This document shows, piece by piece, positions 26,701 to 37,334 of a stretch of 64,000 nt of DNA. Each line of letters opens with the position of its first letter. Position 1 is the first letter of the stretch. Under the pieces are notes generated by a model that was not told where the DNA came from, ran no database searches, and was given only the letters and a program-made list of their open reading frames with translations. Both the position numbers and the translations under genes were made by a program. The DNA comes from Toensbergia leucococca (taxonomy: Eukaryota): positions 62,001 to 126,000 of the forward strand of contig JALDZS010000043.1 in assembly GCA_022813965.1 (NCBI GenBank), in the 5' to 3' direction.

Positions 26701-28439
26701 TGGAACATCCGGGCATTACGATCAAGATTTCAAAGATCATTGCTCAAAGAATGCGGGCATTGATTGAGGATCCTTTGTTCGAGCAAGGCAAGGACAACAA
26801 GACTAATGCCTCGAGCCAAAATGTGACGTCCACAATAAACCTCCGGACGGTAGCCATACTGCCAGTCGCGGCTGGCGTGCCTGTGGTTGAGTTTGGTAGC
26901 AGACTCATGGGTGCTCTCGCTCAGATCGGTGTCATCAACGGAGTGACCTCGCTCAATCAGGCGGCTATATTGAATCATCTAGGTCGCCATGCCTTTTCAA
27001 GGATGGGTAAGCTAAAGCTTTCTCAATATTTGGCTGACTTGGAAGAGCACTACGGCATGCTTCTTTACATTGCTGACACCAATGTCAATTCACCATGGAC
27101 TCAAACATGTATCAGCCAAGCCGACTGTATTCTGTTAGTCGGGCTTGCAGAAGCATCTCCGAGCATTGGGGAGTACGAGAGATTCCTGTTAGGCATGAAG
27201 ACTACTGCAAGAAAGGAACTAGTGCTATTGCATGTTGAACGGTATTCGCCGCCAGGATTAACTCGCAAATGGCTCAGAAATCGCATGTGGATCAATGGTG
27301 GCCATCACCACATCCAAATGGCCGTTCGTACAAGTTCCGAACCTGTACACCCTCAGATCAAACGTTTCGGGACCGCTTTGAAGCAACGCGTCCAGGTTTT
27401 GCAAGCCGAGATTCAGAAATATACCTCGCGAAGGATCCGCCAAACTCCACTCTATTCAGCCGACACTCCTTTCAAGGGCGATTTCCACCGATTGGCCCGG
27501 CGTCTCTGTGGCAAATCTGTTGGGCTAGTCCTAGGAGGTGGCGGCGCTCGAGGCATCTCCCAAATCGGCGTGATCCGAGCTCTCGAAGAAGCCGGAATCC
27601 CAATCGATATCATCGGCGGCACCTCCATTGGCGCTTTCATCGGTGCCCTATATGCCCGCGATGCAGACGTCGTCCCCATGTATGGTCGCGCTAAGAAGTT
27701 TGCTGGCCGTATGGGGAGCATGTGGCGCTTTGCGCTGGATTTGACCTACCCCTCAGCCTCATATACCACCGGCCACGAATTCAACCGTGGCATCTTCAAG
27801 ACATTTGGCAATTCGCAAATCGAAGACTTTTGGCTGGAGTTTTATTGCAACACGACCAACATCAGCAAATCTCGCTCGGAGATCCACACCTCCGGCTACG
27901 TCTGGCGCTACGTGCGAGCTTCCATGTCCCTGGCTGGTTTGTTACCCCCGCTGTGCGACGAGGGCAGTATGCTCCTCGACGGCGGCTATGTGGACAACCT
28001 CACCGTCGCGCACATGAAATCCCTAGGCGCGGACGTCGTCTTCGCCGTCGATGTCGGCTCCCTCGATGACAACCTCCCGCAACAATTCGGCGACTCCCTC
28101 TCCGGTATGTGGGCCCTCTGCAACCGCTGGAATCCTTTTTCCTCCTTTGCCAACCCGCCCACCCTCTCGGAAATCCAGGCCCGGCTCGCGTATGTAAGCA
28201 GTGTGGATGCGTTGGAGAGGGCCAAGGCGACGCCCGGAGTGCTGTATATGCGGCCGCCGATTGATGCGTATGGTACGCTGGATTTTGGCAAATTTGATGA
28301 GATTTATCGTGTCGGGTATGAGTTTGGACGGGAGTTTTTAGGGGCTTTGAGAGAGAGGGGGATGTTGCCTGTTATGGAGGAGACGGAGGAGAAGAAGAAT
28401 TTGAGGAGGACGATGGCACCGAGGAGGGCGAGTGTTTGA
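23732..28439 (+). CDS. NTE1: Lysophospholipase NTE1 (cNMP-binding plus patatin domains), 3 exons
   Basis: N-terminal TM segments, cNMP-binding domains, patatin motifs GGGGARG, GTSIG and DGG, C-terminus PRRASV. Introns 24037-24084 and 24290-24338. Confidence 0.96.
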
Positions 28440-28818
28440 TAGTGTGGGTTGGGTTTGGGGGATTGGGGGGGGCTTAGGGGGTTGGGTTTTGGGGGGCGTG
28501 TGGAGTGGGGATTTGGTTTTATGTTGATACCCTTTTTTTCTCGCGGGTGGTTGTGCTACTGAATTTGAAATTGTATAGCTGTGATGTATATATGTCTTTT
28601 TATTTTTGTATACAAGGGTTGATATTGGTTTTTGTGTACGGTTCAATCTCATGTATAAAAAAGAGGGCGTGGACGTCCATACATCATGAGCCATAAGATA
28701 TCAGCTGGCCTGTACAAGATACTGTATAATCTGCTCCATAAAGAATCACTATTGATATATAAAGACCTTCAATGGTCTTTTATGTCAGATTGTGATTTCA
28801 ATATTGACCTTTTTTTTA

Positions 28819-29365
28819 GGGAATTACTATTGTGACACCCCTTTTTGCTACATCGACACCCTCATCACCATACTCAATTAGACATTAGTGAGGCCGGGCA
28901 CGATATCACCGATGGTGCTGAGGGATATTTCATCATTTTGCACCACATTTTACCTCGATTCCCCACCACTTCGCAAGCCAAGTACCTGTTCCATTTGCGT
29001 GCCATCTAGAAGCCAAATTACCTAGGGAATCATCCTGATATTGTATCATGTTTCTACTTAATTCTTCCCCTCAGGCGCAATACCATGGATTTCAATCTAC
29101 CTCTACCTTATGAATCTGAACCCTCACCTAGAGGGGGGGCGAGGTGGAATTCCTGTAGATAACAGGGTGTTTCATGATTTTGAAAGGATGTGATTCAGAA
29201 TCACGACGTCTTTTGCGCCCGGGGAGGTGATCGTGCGCCTGGGGGTGAGGGAATCGAGGCAAGATGTGGTGCGAAATGATAGATTTTCCCTCGGTGGTAT
29301 TGCGCCCGGAGGTGGGAGGGGGGGGTGTATAGGTATCAAAAGGGGGTGTTCAGACATCAATACCC
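28819..29365. mobile_element. Degenerate non-autonomous DNA transposon (PIF/Harbinger, Tourist-like MITE), 547 bp
   Basis: Termini GGGAATT / AATACCC flanked on both sides by TTA (28816-18, 29366-68). Long imperfect inverted repeats, e.g. ATCATTTTGCACCACATTTTACCTCGATTCCC on the left vs the reverse complement ATCATTTCGCACCACATCTTGCCTCGATTCCC on the right. Confidence 0.65.
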
Positions 29366-29786
29366 TTATTTCATTGTAGATTTCATTTTTAAAGACAGTT
29401 TTTTTGATGATCTTGTGAATTTTCCGTCAAAATTCTAAACTCAGAATCTCAGTGCTCTGCTGTTAAATTTGATTGTGTCAGATAAAGTGTTGTTATTTTA
29501 AATAAAGTGACAGTTATCTCTCTGAGCAGAGAAAAAGATGAAGCTTTCTGAAGGGGTGATGGTTTCAGAGAGAGGGTTTAAATGAAAGAGAGTCATTTTG
29601 TGTCATTGTGTGTTGTCTTCTATCATTTCAGTGATTCAAGCATACAACTGAGATGAAGAAAAGCTAATGAGTGAATGAGGTTTAATTCAAGGCAGTGAAG
29701 CTTTGACTTGACTCACATCTTGTGTCATAAACCTCTTCTCAACCACAACTCAAAACTTTGACATCTATCTCATTCTCACGTTGACA

Positions 29787-30410
29787 ATGTCTTTGGTCAA
29801 TTGGCAACCGCACGGACTCATCAGATTTTTCCCACATGAATGTTATTATCAGGAGGCTTACGATGCAAACATCATCCATGGCACAGCCAACTCCAGCGTA
29901 CGCAAAACGACGCCTCTCATGGATATGATCCTTCAATCCACGTTCCCACTTGCCGACCGCATCTTCGGCATCGGCGGTAGGGAAGCTCCAGTTCCTACAT
30001 CGGATCTGGAATGCAATTTCATCATCGATTATTTTGATGTTGACACCGAATCCTTGAAAAAGAGTGTTTTTTGCTTCGCTGAACACAAGCGGGAAAATCC
30101 TAGCCAGCCGATCAGCTTGAAGGAAATGGAGAAGCAAGCCAAAGACTGCTGCAAACCGTATCTCAACTACAACACATCCATCTCATTCATCTATGCCGCC
30201 ACCATGGCTGGCGCCCACTTGAGACTTTGGACATGTTTTCTGGAAAAACCTGAATGGATGCCTTTCTGGGGCGATCCGGAGGTTGAAGATGACTGGGGGC
30301 AGTACAAGGACGTAGGAAATGACGCAGATGCACAGGAAATTAAGCAATGTTTCGAGCATATGAAGGCATTTCCGCCCACGTCGCGTACTGGACCGACTTA
30401 CACCACATGA
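29787..30410 (+). CDS. PD-(D/E)xK-like nuclease-fold protein, paralog 1 (catalytic Asp replaced by Asn)
   Basis: Aligns end to end with 31602-32282 (PHGLI, FIY.ATMAGAH.RLWTC, PFWGDP, YKD.G.D, MKAFPPT.RTG). Motifs here read ECNFII / FAEHKR. Confidence 0.6.
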   Translation: MSLVNWQPHGLIRFFPHECYYQEAYDANIIHGTANSSVRKTTPLMDMILQSTFPLADRIFGIGGREAPVPTSDLECNFIIDYFDVDTESLKKSVFCFAEHKRENPSQPISLKEMEKQAKDCCKPYLNYNTSISFIYAATMAGAHLRLWTCFLEKPEWMPFWGDPEVEDDWGQYKDVGNDADAQEIKQCFEHMKAFPPTSRTGPTYTT

Positions 30411-30819
30411 ATATCGCCGAGTAATCAACGTCAGCCCATCGAACGCATCCAGTTTCAGCTCAATGGGACCGAATTCTCGGATGAGAGAGAGCATGGGTGA
30501 AGAGGTTGGTGATATGAGGGACTGGGCCGTGGATAGCATGTATCATAGGATCGACGAAAATACTACCGAGGTAGCTGCGAGGTAACAAGTACATGCAAAG
30601 TCAGAAATATACGTGCCGCTTGCTAAGCCCTAGTTTTATTCTGTATACATCGCGTGATGATCCCAAAGTCAACTTACCGTGTGGTGGTAATTTCAAAGAA
30701 CTTCATGGTACGAACACTGCTCCTGAGGTAATTGGAGGTCTTCAGGTAGCAGATTAGTGAGGGCTAAGCAGCAAGTTCCTTGGTAAGTAGGTAATAGTCC
30801 AGTGTTCTAGTCTGAATAG

Positions 30820-31170
30820 TAATTGTAAGGGCGCTAGTGAGGTAAAGATAATGGTGATTCTGCATAACGACAATCGGCCGCTCGGACAGTAAGTGACTTC
30901 ACCATCATCATCATACTCATCATCGTCCTGCACCAATTGACCATCCCCAGGTCCTAGAAGAGTATCATAGCGGCGAGAATCCTTTTGTTTAGATGTTGGG
31001 AGAGGTTGATTGATTGGAATGGAGACTCTCGGGTTAGAATCATGTATACACGGCCCGGCCCCTCTTCTGAGAGAACGCCTCGTGACGCCGACTCTTTGAT
31101 TCCCCGGGGGGGGGGGGGGAAGGATGTGGTTATTGAGAATATGAATTGGTTGAATGGATCTGATAGGTGA
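30820..31170 (+). pseudogene. Unidentified decayed coding fragment
   Basis: Intron-like GTAAGT...TTGAC...CAG followed by a protein-like frame (VLEEYHSGENPFV*MLGEVD*LEWRLSG*NHVYTARPLF*) with several in-frame stops. Confidence 0.3.
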
Positions 31171-31601
31171 TGATGAAGAGAGTTGTATTGATTGTTTGTT
31201 TAGCTGAGGAGATTGCAAACGGGGATGAGAGTTTGTGAGTGCTGCTACCAGATGTTACAGCCAATACAATCAGTCGTGCTGTGACACAGTACTTGCATAC
31301 ATTCCCGTCCTGTACCAGTCAAAGAGAAGGTGCAGAGGAAATATATGTCGGAGAAATGTGAGTATGATGGGAGTCGAGGATGACAAAACAGATAGTACCT
31401 TACCTAATGAGGTGAATTACGTACCTGAGACTTCTTCCCTAAGGTAAGGTACCTTAGATATAGATGTGAATGAAGGCCAGCATGGTGGAGCTTGATCTAA
31501 TTCACACCTCAGGTTATGAATTCCTTCTCATCAGCCCAGTCCGTCCCAAACTTGAACACCTATCTCGTTCCCACGCAACTTGAGCACTTACTGCGTCAAT
31601 C

Positions 31602-32282
31602 ATGTCATCTTCCACTTTCAGACCCCATGGGCTTATCAAAAGTCTAGTGCAAGAGAGACTATACCACGAAGCCCACATTACCAACATCACCAGCGGAACA
31701 GCCAATCCTAAAGAGGAGAAAACGAAGGCTCTAAAGCAGGCGATGCTCTCTGCCAATTATTTCCCCGAAAGCGAATACTTCGTAGTATCCTCTGAGCAGT
31801 CCCCAACTCCTACATCTCAGCGGAGTTGCGACCTTGTCATCAGATATATTGATATCGGAGGTGTGGAAATCAGAACCCTTTGCTTCGGCGAGTGCAAGCG
31901 GGCAAGTACGAGCCAGCCATTCAGTCTAAGAGCACTGGAGAAACAGGGCCAAGAGTACTCAAGACTGTACCTCGACTATGAGAAAGATGTTCAGTTCATC
32001 TATGTAGCCACGATGGCTGGTGCTCATATTAGGCTGTGGACATGTCACCGCCATAACCCTGAATTGGTACCTTTCTGGGGTGATCCTCAGGAGAAAGGAG
32101 AGTGGCGACGATACAAGGATATTGGGGACGACACGGAGAGGGAGGAACTGGAGAGATGGTTTGGGTATATGAAGGCATTTCCGCCCACGCGACGCACTGG
32201 ACAGGACTCTCACAGTTTCGGCACACCCAGCATGTCTGCCAATCCCGGCACAAACTATTGTAATGCTTCCCACACCACATAA
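31602..32282 (+). CDS. PD-(D/E)xK-like (restriction-endonuclease-fold) protein, paralog 2, intact motifs
   Basis: SEQ...RSCDLVI...LCFGECKR...LEKQGQEY gives E, D, ExK and QxxxY in the order expected for this fold. Confidence 0.65.
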   Translation: MSSSTFRPHGLIKSLVQERLYHEAHITNITSGTANPKEEKTKALKQAMLSANYFPESEYFVVSSEQSPTPTSQRSCDLVIRYIDIGGVEIRTLCFGECKRASTSQPFSLRALEKQGQEYSRLYLDYEKDVQFIYVATMAGAHIRLWTCHRHNPELVPFWGDPQEKGEWRRYKDIGDDTEREELERWFGYMKAFPPTRRTGQDSHSFGTPSMSANPGTNYCNASHTT

Positions 32283-33222
32283 GTACCGTCGAGCGATCCA
32301 ATGTCAGCCCCTTGAACGCATCCAATTTCCATCGAACCAGGATGAAATTCTCAGATAAGTGATGGCATGGATAACCTCATGGGTGAAGCGGCTGGCCATA
32401 TGAGGGACTGAATCATGGATAGGATAGGATGTATTATAGGATAGATGAACACACTAGCTGCAAGGTAGTAAATACAAGCAAAACCGGAGCTATATGTGCG
32501 GCTCGTTAAGTTCTGGGGCTAGATTGCGTGGTGATCCTATGGTCAGACAGTGACACTTAACCCCTCCCCGGGCCTCGAACAATTGATGCACCAATTGCCA
32601 GAGACCTTAGCTCACATACTAATTGCCCTAGTCCTTGCTCCTTTTCCGCAGTTCAGCGCTGCTTTGAGAAGGCGGAGGAGGTAGTGCAGTAGCTGTTGGT
32701 ATGGTCGTGTGCGTGATCTGACCCAGAAAAAGATTGATTATCACTGTGAAGTCAGCGCAAAGCGTGACTTAGTATTGGAATTCTCAACGAGGTTAGACGT
32801 AATGCACATTGGCCATTTCCACCTTACCGCATGGGTATCATGATCAAAAGGTGTTGTACAGTCATATGTCTGAGCTCAGCGAGACACTGGCATAGAGCCA
32901 TCTGCCCTAACCTCCTAACAAATTCGCTTTCTGTTCGCTCCGTTCTATCATGGTCGCTCAACTGTGTTCGGACCAGTTTTGCAATTTCCCCCTGCGTTTC
33001 GTGTCGTCTGCACTCGACACCAGTGTAGATTTGACATCAATTGGGCGAGGAGCTCTGGAATCACGTTATGAGTCAGCCTGAAGTAAGCGATATGGGTGTA
33101 AATAGGTAGAGGATTGGGAATAATGAGGGAAGGTAATGGAAAAGTAATGTAGCTACCTCATGTACGTAAGTGATGACTTTAAGCACAATCTCGATCAATA
33201 CGTAAAAACAACCCAACTCAAA

Positions 33223-35570
33223 TTACAACAAGCTCACGGTATCTCCAATCTGCTGAACACTACGCCCATCGATCGAACAATTCGGCTGACTCATCTTACT
33301 CCCGTCAGGGATTTCTCCAAGATCTTCTGTCCAAGGCAAGATTGTATCGTAGGAGGTTGAGAACCACCAGGCAATAGACTTTGAGAACCGTATTAGCAAA
33401 CAGAATGCATCTCACATAGCCCAAAATCTTACCTCTCCAATAGCGAAGAGCCGGCAATCAGGGTCTGATTTTGCTCTTGTGGAATCTTCTGAGAAGGCAA
33501 CATCTGTGACTATCTGACGGTCTCTGAACTTTGACATTTTAAAATAAATATGGGTGATGTTCGGCCAATTACTGTTGTAGATGGAGGAGTATTGTGAGAG
33601 AGAGGTAGTACGCCACTGTCCAAGGACTGCAGTGAGACCGTCAAGGTAGTGTACCAACATGCCGGTGCATCGCTTGTTGTCAAAAGACAATTCAACTTTT
33701 TCGAGACCATTCATCGAGGCGAATGACAGGAAGAGTCCGGCACTTGGGCTAGTAATCAGAGGTAAAGGGACATCAGACAGGTGGTATAGAGGCGGCAGAG
33801 GTGGGGGTCTTGCAGTAGTACCGTCGCTAATGATACCAAATCTCATAATTGTCGTCCAGTACGGGTTTTCGTAATAGAAGCCCGAAACACACCCTTCACT
33901 CTGTAGGCGAACCCACCTGTAATAATCGCTCGCCACCAGGCTTGGTAGAATGTACGACCCAAACGTATAGAGTCTTCCAAGTGTTGTTTGAATCTGGTTG
34001 GAACTTGTAAGCCACGATCAAGATTACAATGGATGTACACTGACCGTTAATGCTGGAGCAGCGAAGGCGAGACTGGCAGAATTGATCATACGAAGCCAAA
34101 CATGCGCTATCCTTTCCTTTGCAGAGATCGGAAAATGGACGATACAGCCGTCACGGCGGCCTGATAATTGTGAAGTCTGGGTGAAATGGGTTTCGATCCC
34201 AACCATCCCACGTCCAGAGAAATAAATGCTGAGGCCTTTTATGTATTCTTCTTTGTTGAATAAAGGTAAATATCTGAGAAAGCGGCGTTCAGGAGTCTCG
34301 GTCTCGGTATTGGAACGGATAATATCCCGATCAAAATCGAACAATGCGGCGTTTGGGTAGAGTAAAGAAGACGGGAAGTCAGGCTGATCCCACACCACTT
34401 GGTCTTTCGGACAGGATCCAGAGCTTGAAATGGTAGTGCAAACTAGGTCCTGCGCATATTAGTCGAAATAGTCTCGTAGATATGATTTTGACTAACGTTG
34501 TAGACACAATGAATTCTCGCAACTCTCCCTCGTATCAATCCATACCAGCAACGGCCAGGACAAGGAATCTTTCCAAGCCAATCACTTTCCCTTCCGTTAC
34601 CAAGTAGCTTGATTGCACAGATACCACTAAGACTTGTAACGTATTTCACTCCGATCACATCCCTAGGAACTTTGCAACTTACTTTACGATCTACACCAAC
34701 GATCAAGCCTTGGATATATGCTACGCCAAAGATAGTCACCATCGAGGCAGACAAAGGAGAATCTCGTTCCAGTAGTATATTGCGAGTCGAAATGCTTCTC
34801 AAACAGCAAGCAAGGCGGCATGTCTCATCTGACACAAGAATGAAGACGCTGTACGGCGTCGTTAATCCAACGTGCTGCCAAATGTAGGATCTCAGCTCCG
34901 CAGGTAAATTCGATATGAAGAGCCGTTCGGAATTGTATGAAGCTAGTATCTTCATCTGATTCGCCGAGTCAAGGTCAAAGGTTCCTTCTGGGACGTCCTC
35001 CCACATTGATTGGTTCGGTACAAGGGTTCGAGCAAGTTTGTAAAGAAGTGGTTTTGGGTAACCTTCGAGTCTCCACATCAGGACTGAGAAACACCAGTTA
35101 TGGAAACAGAAGGCGAGTTGGTCAAATCGGGATGGTCTTCGGACACGATCAATCATGACTGTATACGTTCGTGGATACCCGGTCAGAGTAACATCAATGT
35201 CGTGGCCACTTTTCGGAAGGATGGCACGATCAGTAAGCTCGATGCTATTGTCGTTGTTCAAATCCAAGCATAGCACTGTCAAGATTATTAACAATGATTG
35301 GTATATGATAACAAAGACTTTAGTAGAGCCCACCAGCGCGAAATTCAGACTGCCAGGCATCGACGCCTTGTAGACTTTGCAAAGGAAATTGCTGACGGCA
35401 TAATGCACAGTGATCTGTGGCAGCGAATTCCTTCCTGGAAGAATCCGTAGGTAGTGAGTGACTGGTAAGATAGGGCAGTGGTTCCGAATTGAGATGTACT
35501 AGAAGAAAAACCAGGACATTGGTCGATAGTGTTGAAATTGCAATGTTTTCCTCAACACTAGAGAAAGGCA
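33223..35570 (-). CDS. Fungal F-box-like protein (DUF7600-type architecture), multi-exon
   Basis: HCALC...WQSEFRA|intron|VLCL, FCFHNWC, F-box-like ISNLPAELRSYIWQHV, LHFPI-like/ERIAHVW, VLGQWR and terminal exon SIAWWFS...*(33223). Start not resolved. Confidence 0.6.
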
Positions 35571-35924
35571 CACAAAATGTGTTTTTGGTCAGTCAACACG
35601 ACCCGAGAAGAGATCTATCATTTTCATTCAGTTTAACAAGATGTACCTTGACGTGAAAATACCAACTCTTAGTGCTACAGATACCTAGGTAAGTAGGTAG
35701 ATAAGATAGCTACGGAGTAGGTATTCTTGAGATAATTCTGGTGGCAGGCGGGGGAGTGGAAAGGGGCACGCAACCAGAAGTGTCCTAGCGAGAATTTTCG
35801 AACAAAGAAAAGCCATTACTTGGAAGTTTTGGCGACGTTCAATCAATCATCAAGCTGAGGTACTAGGTATGTCAAAACTTTAAAGAGCGAAGACTCGATA
35901 ACAAAAGAGAATAATATACATTAT

Positions 35925-36048
35925 CGACGCCTGAGAGACTCGAACTCTCAATCTTTGCCACCGGAAAGCAACGCCTTACCACTTTAATAAGTCAGTTTTG
36001 ATCACCTCCACGTCGCATTGATAATGCACTTACTTAGGCCAAGGCGCC
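35925..36048 (-). tRNA. tRNA-Arg(CCG) interrupted in the D-loop by a 52-nt spliceosomal-type intron (35982-36033)
   Basis: Spliced sequence GGCGCCT TG GCCT AA^TGGTA AGGC G TTGCT TTCCGGT GGCAA AGATT GAGAG TTCGAGT CTCTC AGGCGTC G (72 nt) pairs in all four stems, with anticodon CCG and B-box GTTCGAGTC. Confidence 0.9.
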
Positions 36049-36202
36049 CAATAATCGTTATTTGGATAACTTTTTATTCAATATAATAGCTTCAATGACT
36101 ATAGCATGACAGTTCCACTCCTCGACCTTTGCTAATTCCTAGCGAAGGACTCAACCGTTACGTCATTCCCTTAGGCAGTACCTGCGTCTCTTCAATATCA
36201 CA

Positions 36203-36965
36203 ATGATCAATATTTCAGGGTCTTTTCTTCGAATCCTTCCCCTAAAGCCTTCTTTTGTATTTCGGCGACGGTTTTCAATAGTTGCCGTTCATTCCTCCTT
36301 TCCAGCATCATTGCTGCGGTACAACTTGCAAAAGAGATCCAGCCTTTTTGATTACAAGCTGCTCCACGAGAGGGAAGAGTGCCCTGGTGACGATAGCGTG
36401 GAAATCTCCGAGAATGGCCTTATTTATCCAGCGGCATCAAATTGCACACCTCATCTAAGTACTGCGACCCTGATGCCTCATGGCCAGCGTGCTGACTGTA
36501 GTACGTAGGCTCCAACGGGGCCACAATGATGCCGAACACCTTTACCATGCAAGAAATTATTCGAACCAACTTCGACCACTATATCGACGACGAAGAAAAT
36601 GGCAAGAATGTCGAAGTCCCATTCATTTACCGTATCCCTAAAGGTGCGTAAGAACCGTATTCCAGAAGCATGTAGCTCAGGATGTCCAGGAACGCCAATC
36701 CCAAAACTCCTCACGCTCTTCCACGAGTACATGGCACACTTTTCTCTCCAACCTTCAGTCAGTATGAATCTCGAAGGTATGATACCGTCGACGAGCACCT
36801 GTTCAGCGAGCTATGCGCTGAAGACTTTGTTTAGATTTAAATCGGTCATTGGACGAGTTCTACGCGCAATACGCGGAAGTAAAGACTGCGGAACAATGGC
36901 TTGATGAAAATGAATTCCGGTCAGCTGTAGCAGATGATGCATGTGCAGTGTGGATGGCCAAATAG
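36203..36965 (+). CDS. Tse2-like ADP-ribosyltransferase-fold protein, paralog A, 4 exons
   Basis: Exons 36203-36458, 36509-36643, 36690-36776, 36835-36965 give ...FPASLLRYN...SNGATMMPNTFTMQE...IYRIPKGTPIPKLLTLFHEYMAHFSLQPSVSMNLEDLNRSLDEF... Confidence 0.75.
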
Positions 36966-37334
36966 CTGAGGCTGGAGGCTTGACATGGACGGAAATCGGC
37001 AGCCGAAAACTATGAATACAAAATCGAGAATGGATCAGCTTTATCTGGCCCGATTTCGAGCAAGATAGCAAGAGGTCTAAGAGACAGTAACCATAAGACA
37101 TTCCAGACTAGTAAGCAGAAGCCTTCTCGCAAAGTCGCTCCGGCGGAGCCGAAAGGTCAAAAAAGCTATTTCCCTTGCGAATTCCTCCACTGATCTACCA
37201 AAATCTCGCCTTTGGTGCAACAGCAATTGAATCTGCCTCCCACTCTACCCGCAAGTTCTGTCCACGGGTGTGTGATAATACCCCTGATAATCCTTCCTCC
37301 CAGTCCAGTAGCCAAGTGCAAATGTCGCCGCTGC

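Noticed and set aside
35982..36033. Reading the tRNA insert as a canonical or archaeal-type (BHB) tRNA intron
   Set aside because: It is not at position 37/38 (the anticodon loop is uninterrupted) and I see no bulge-helix-bulge at the junctions, whereas all three spliceosomal signals are present.
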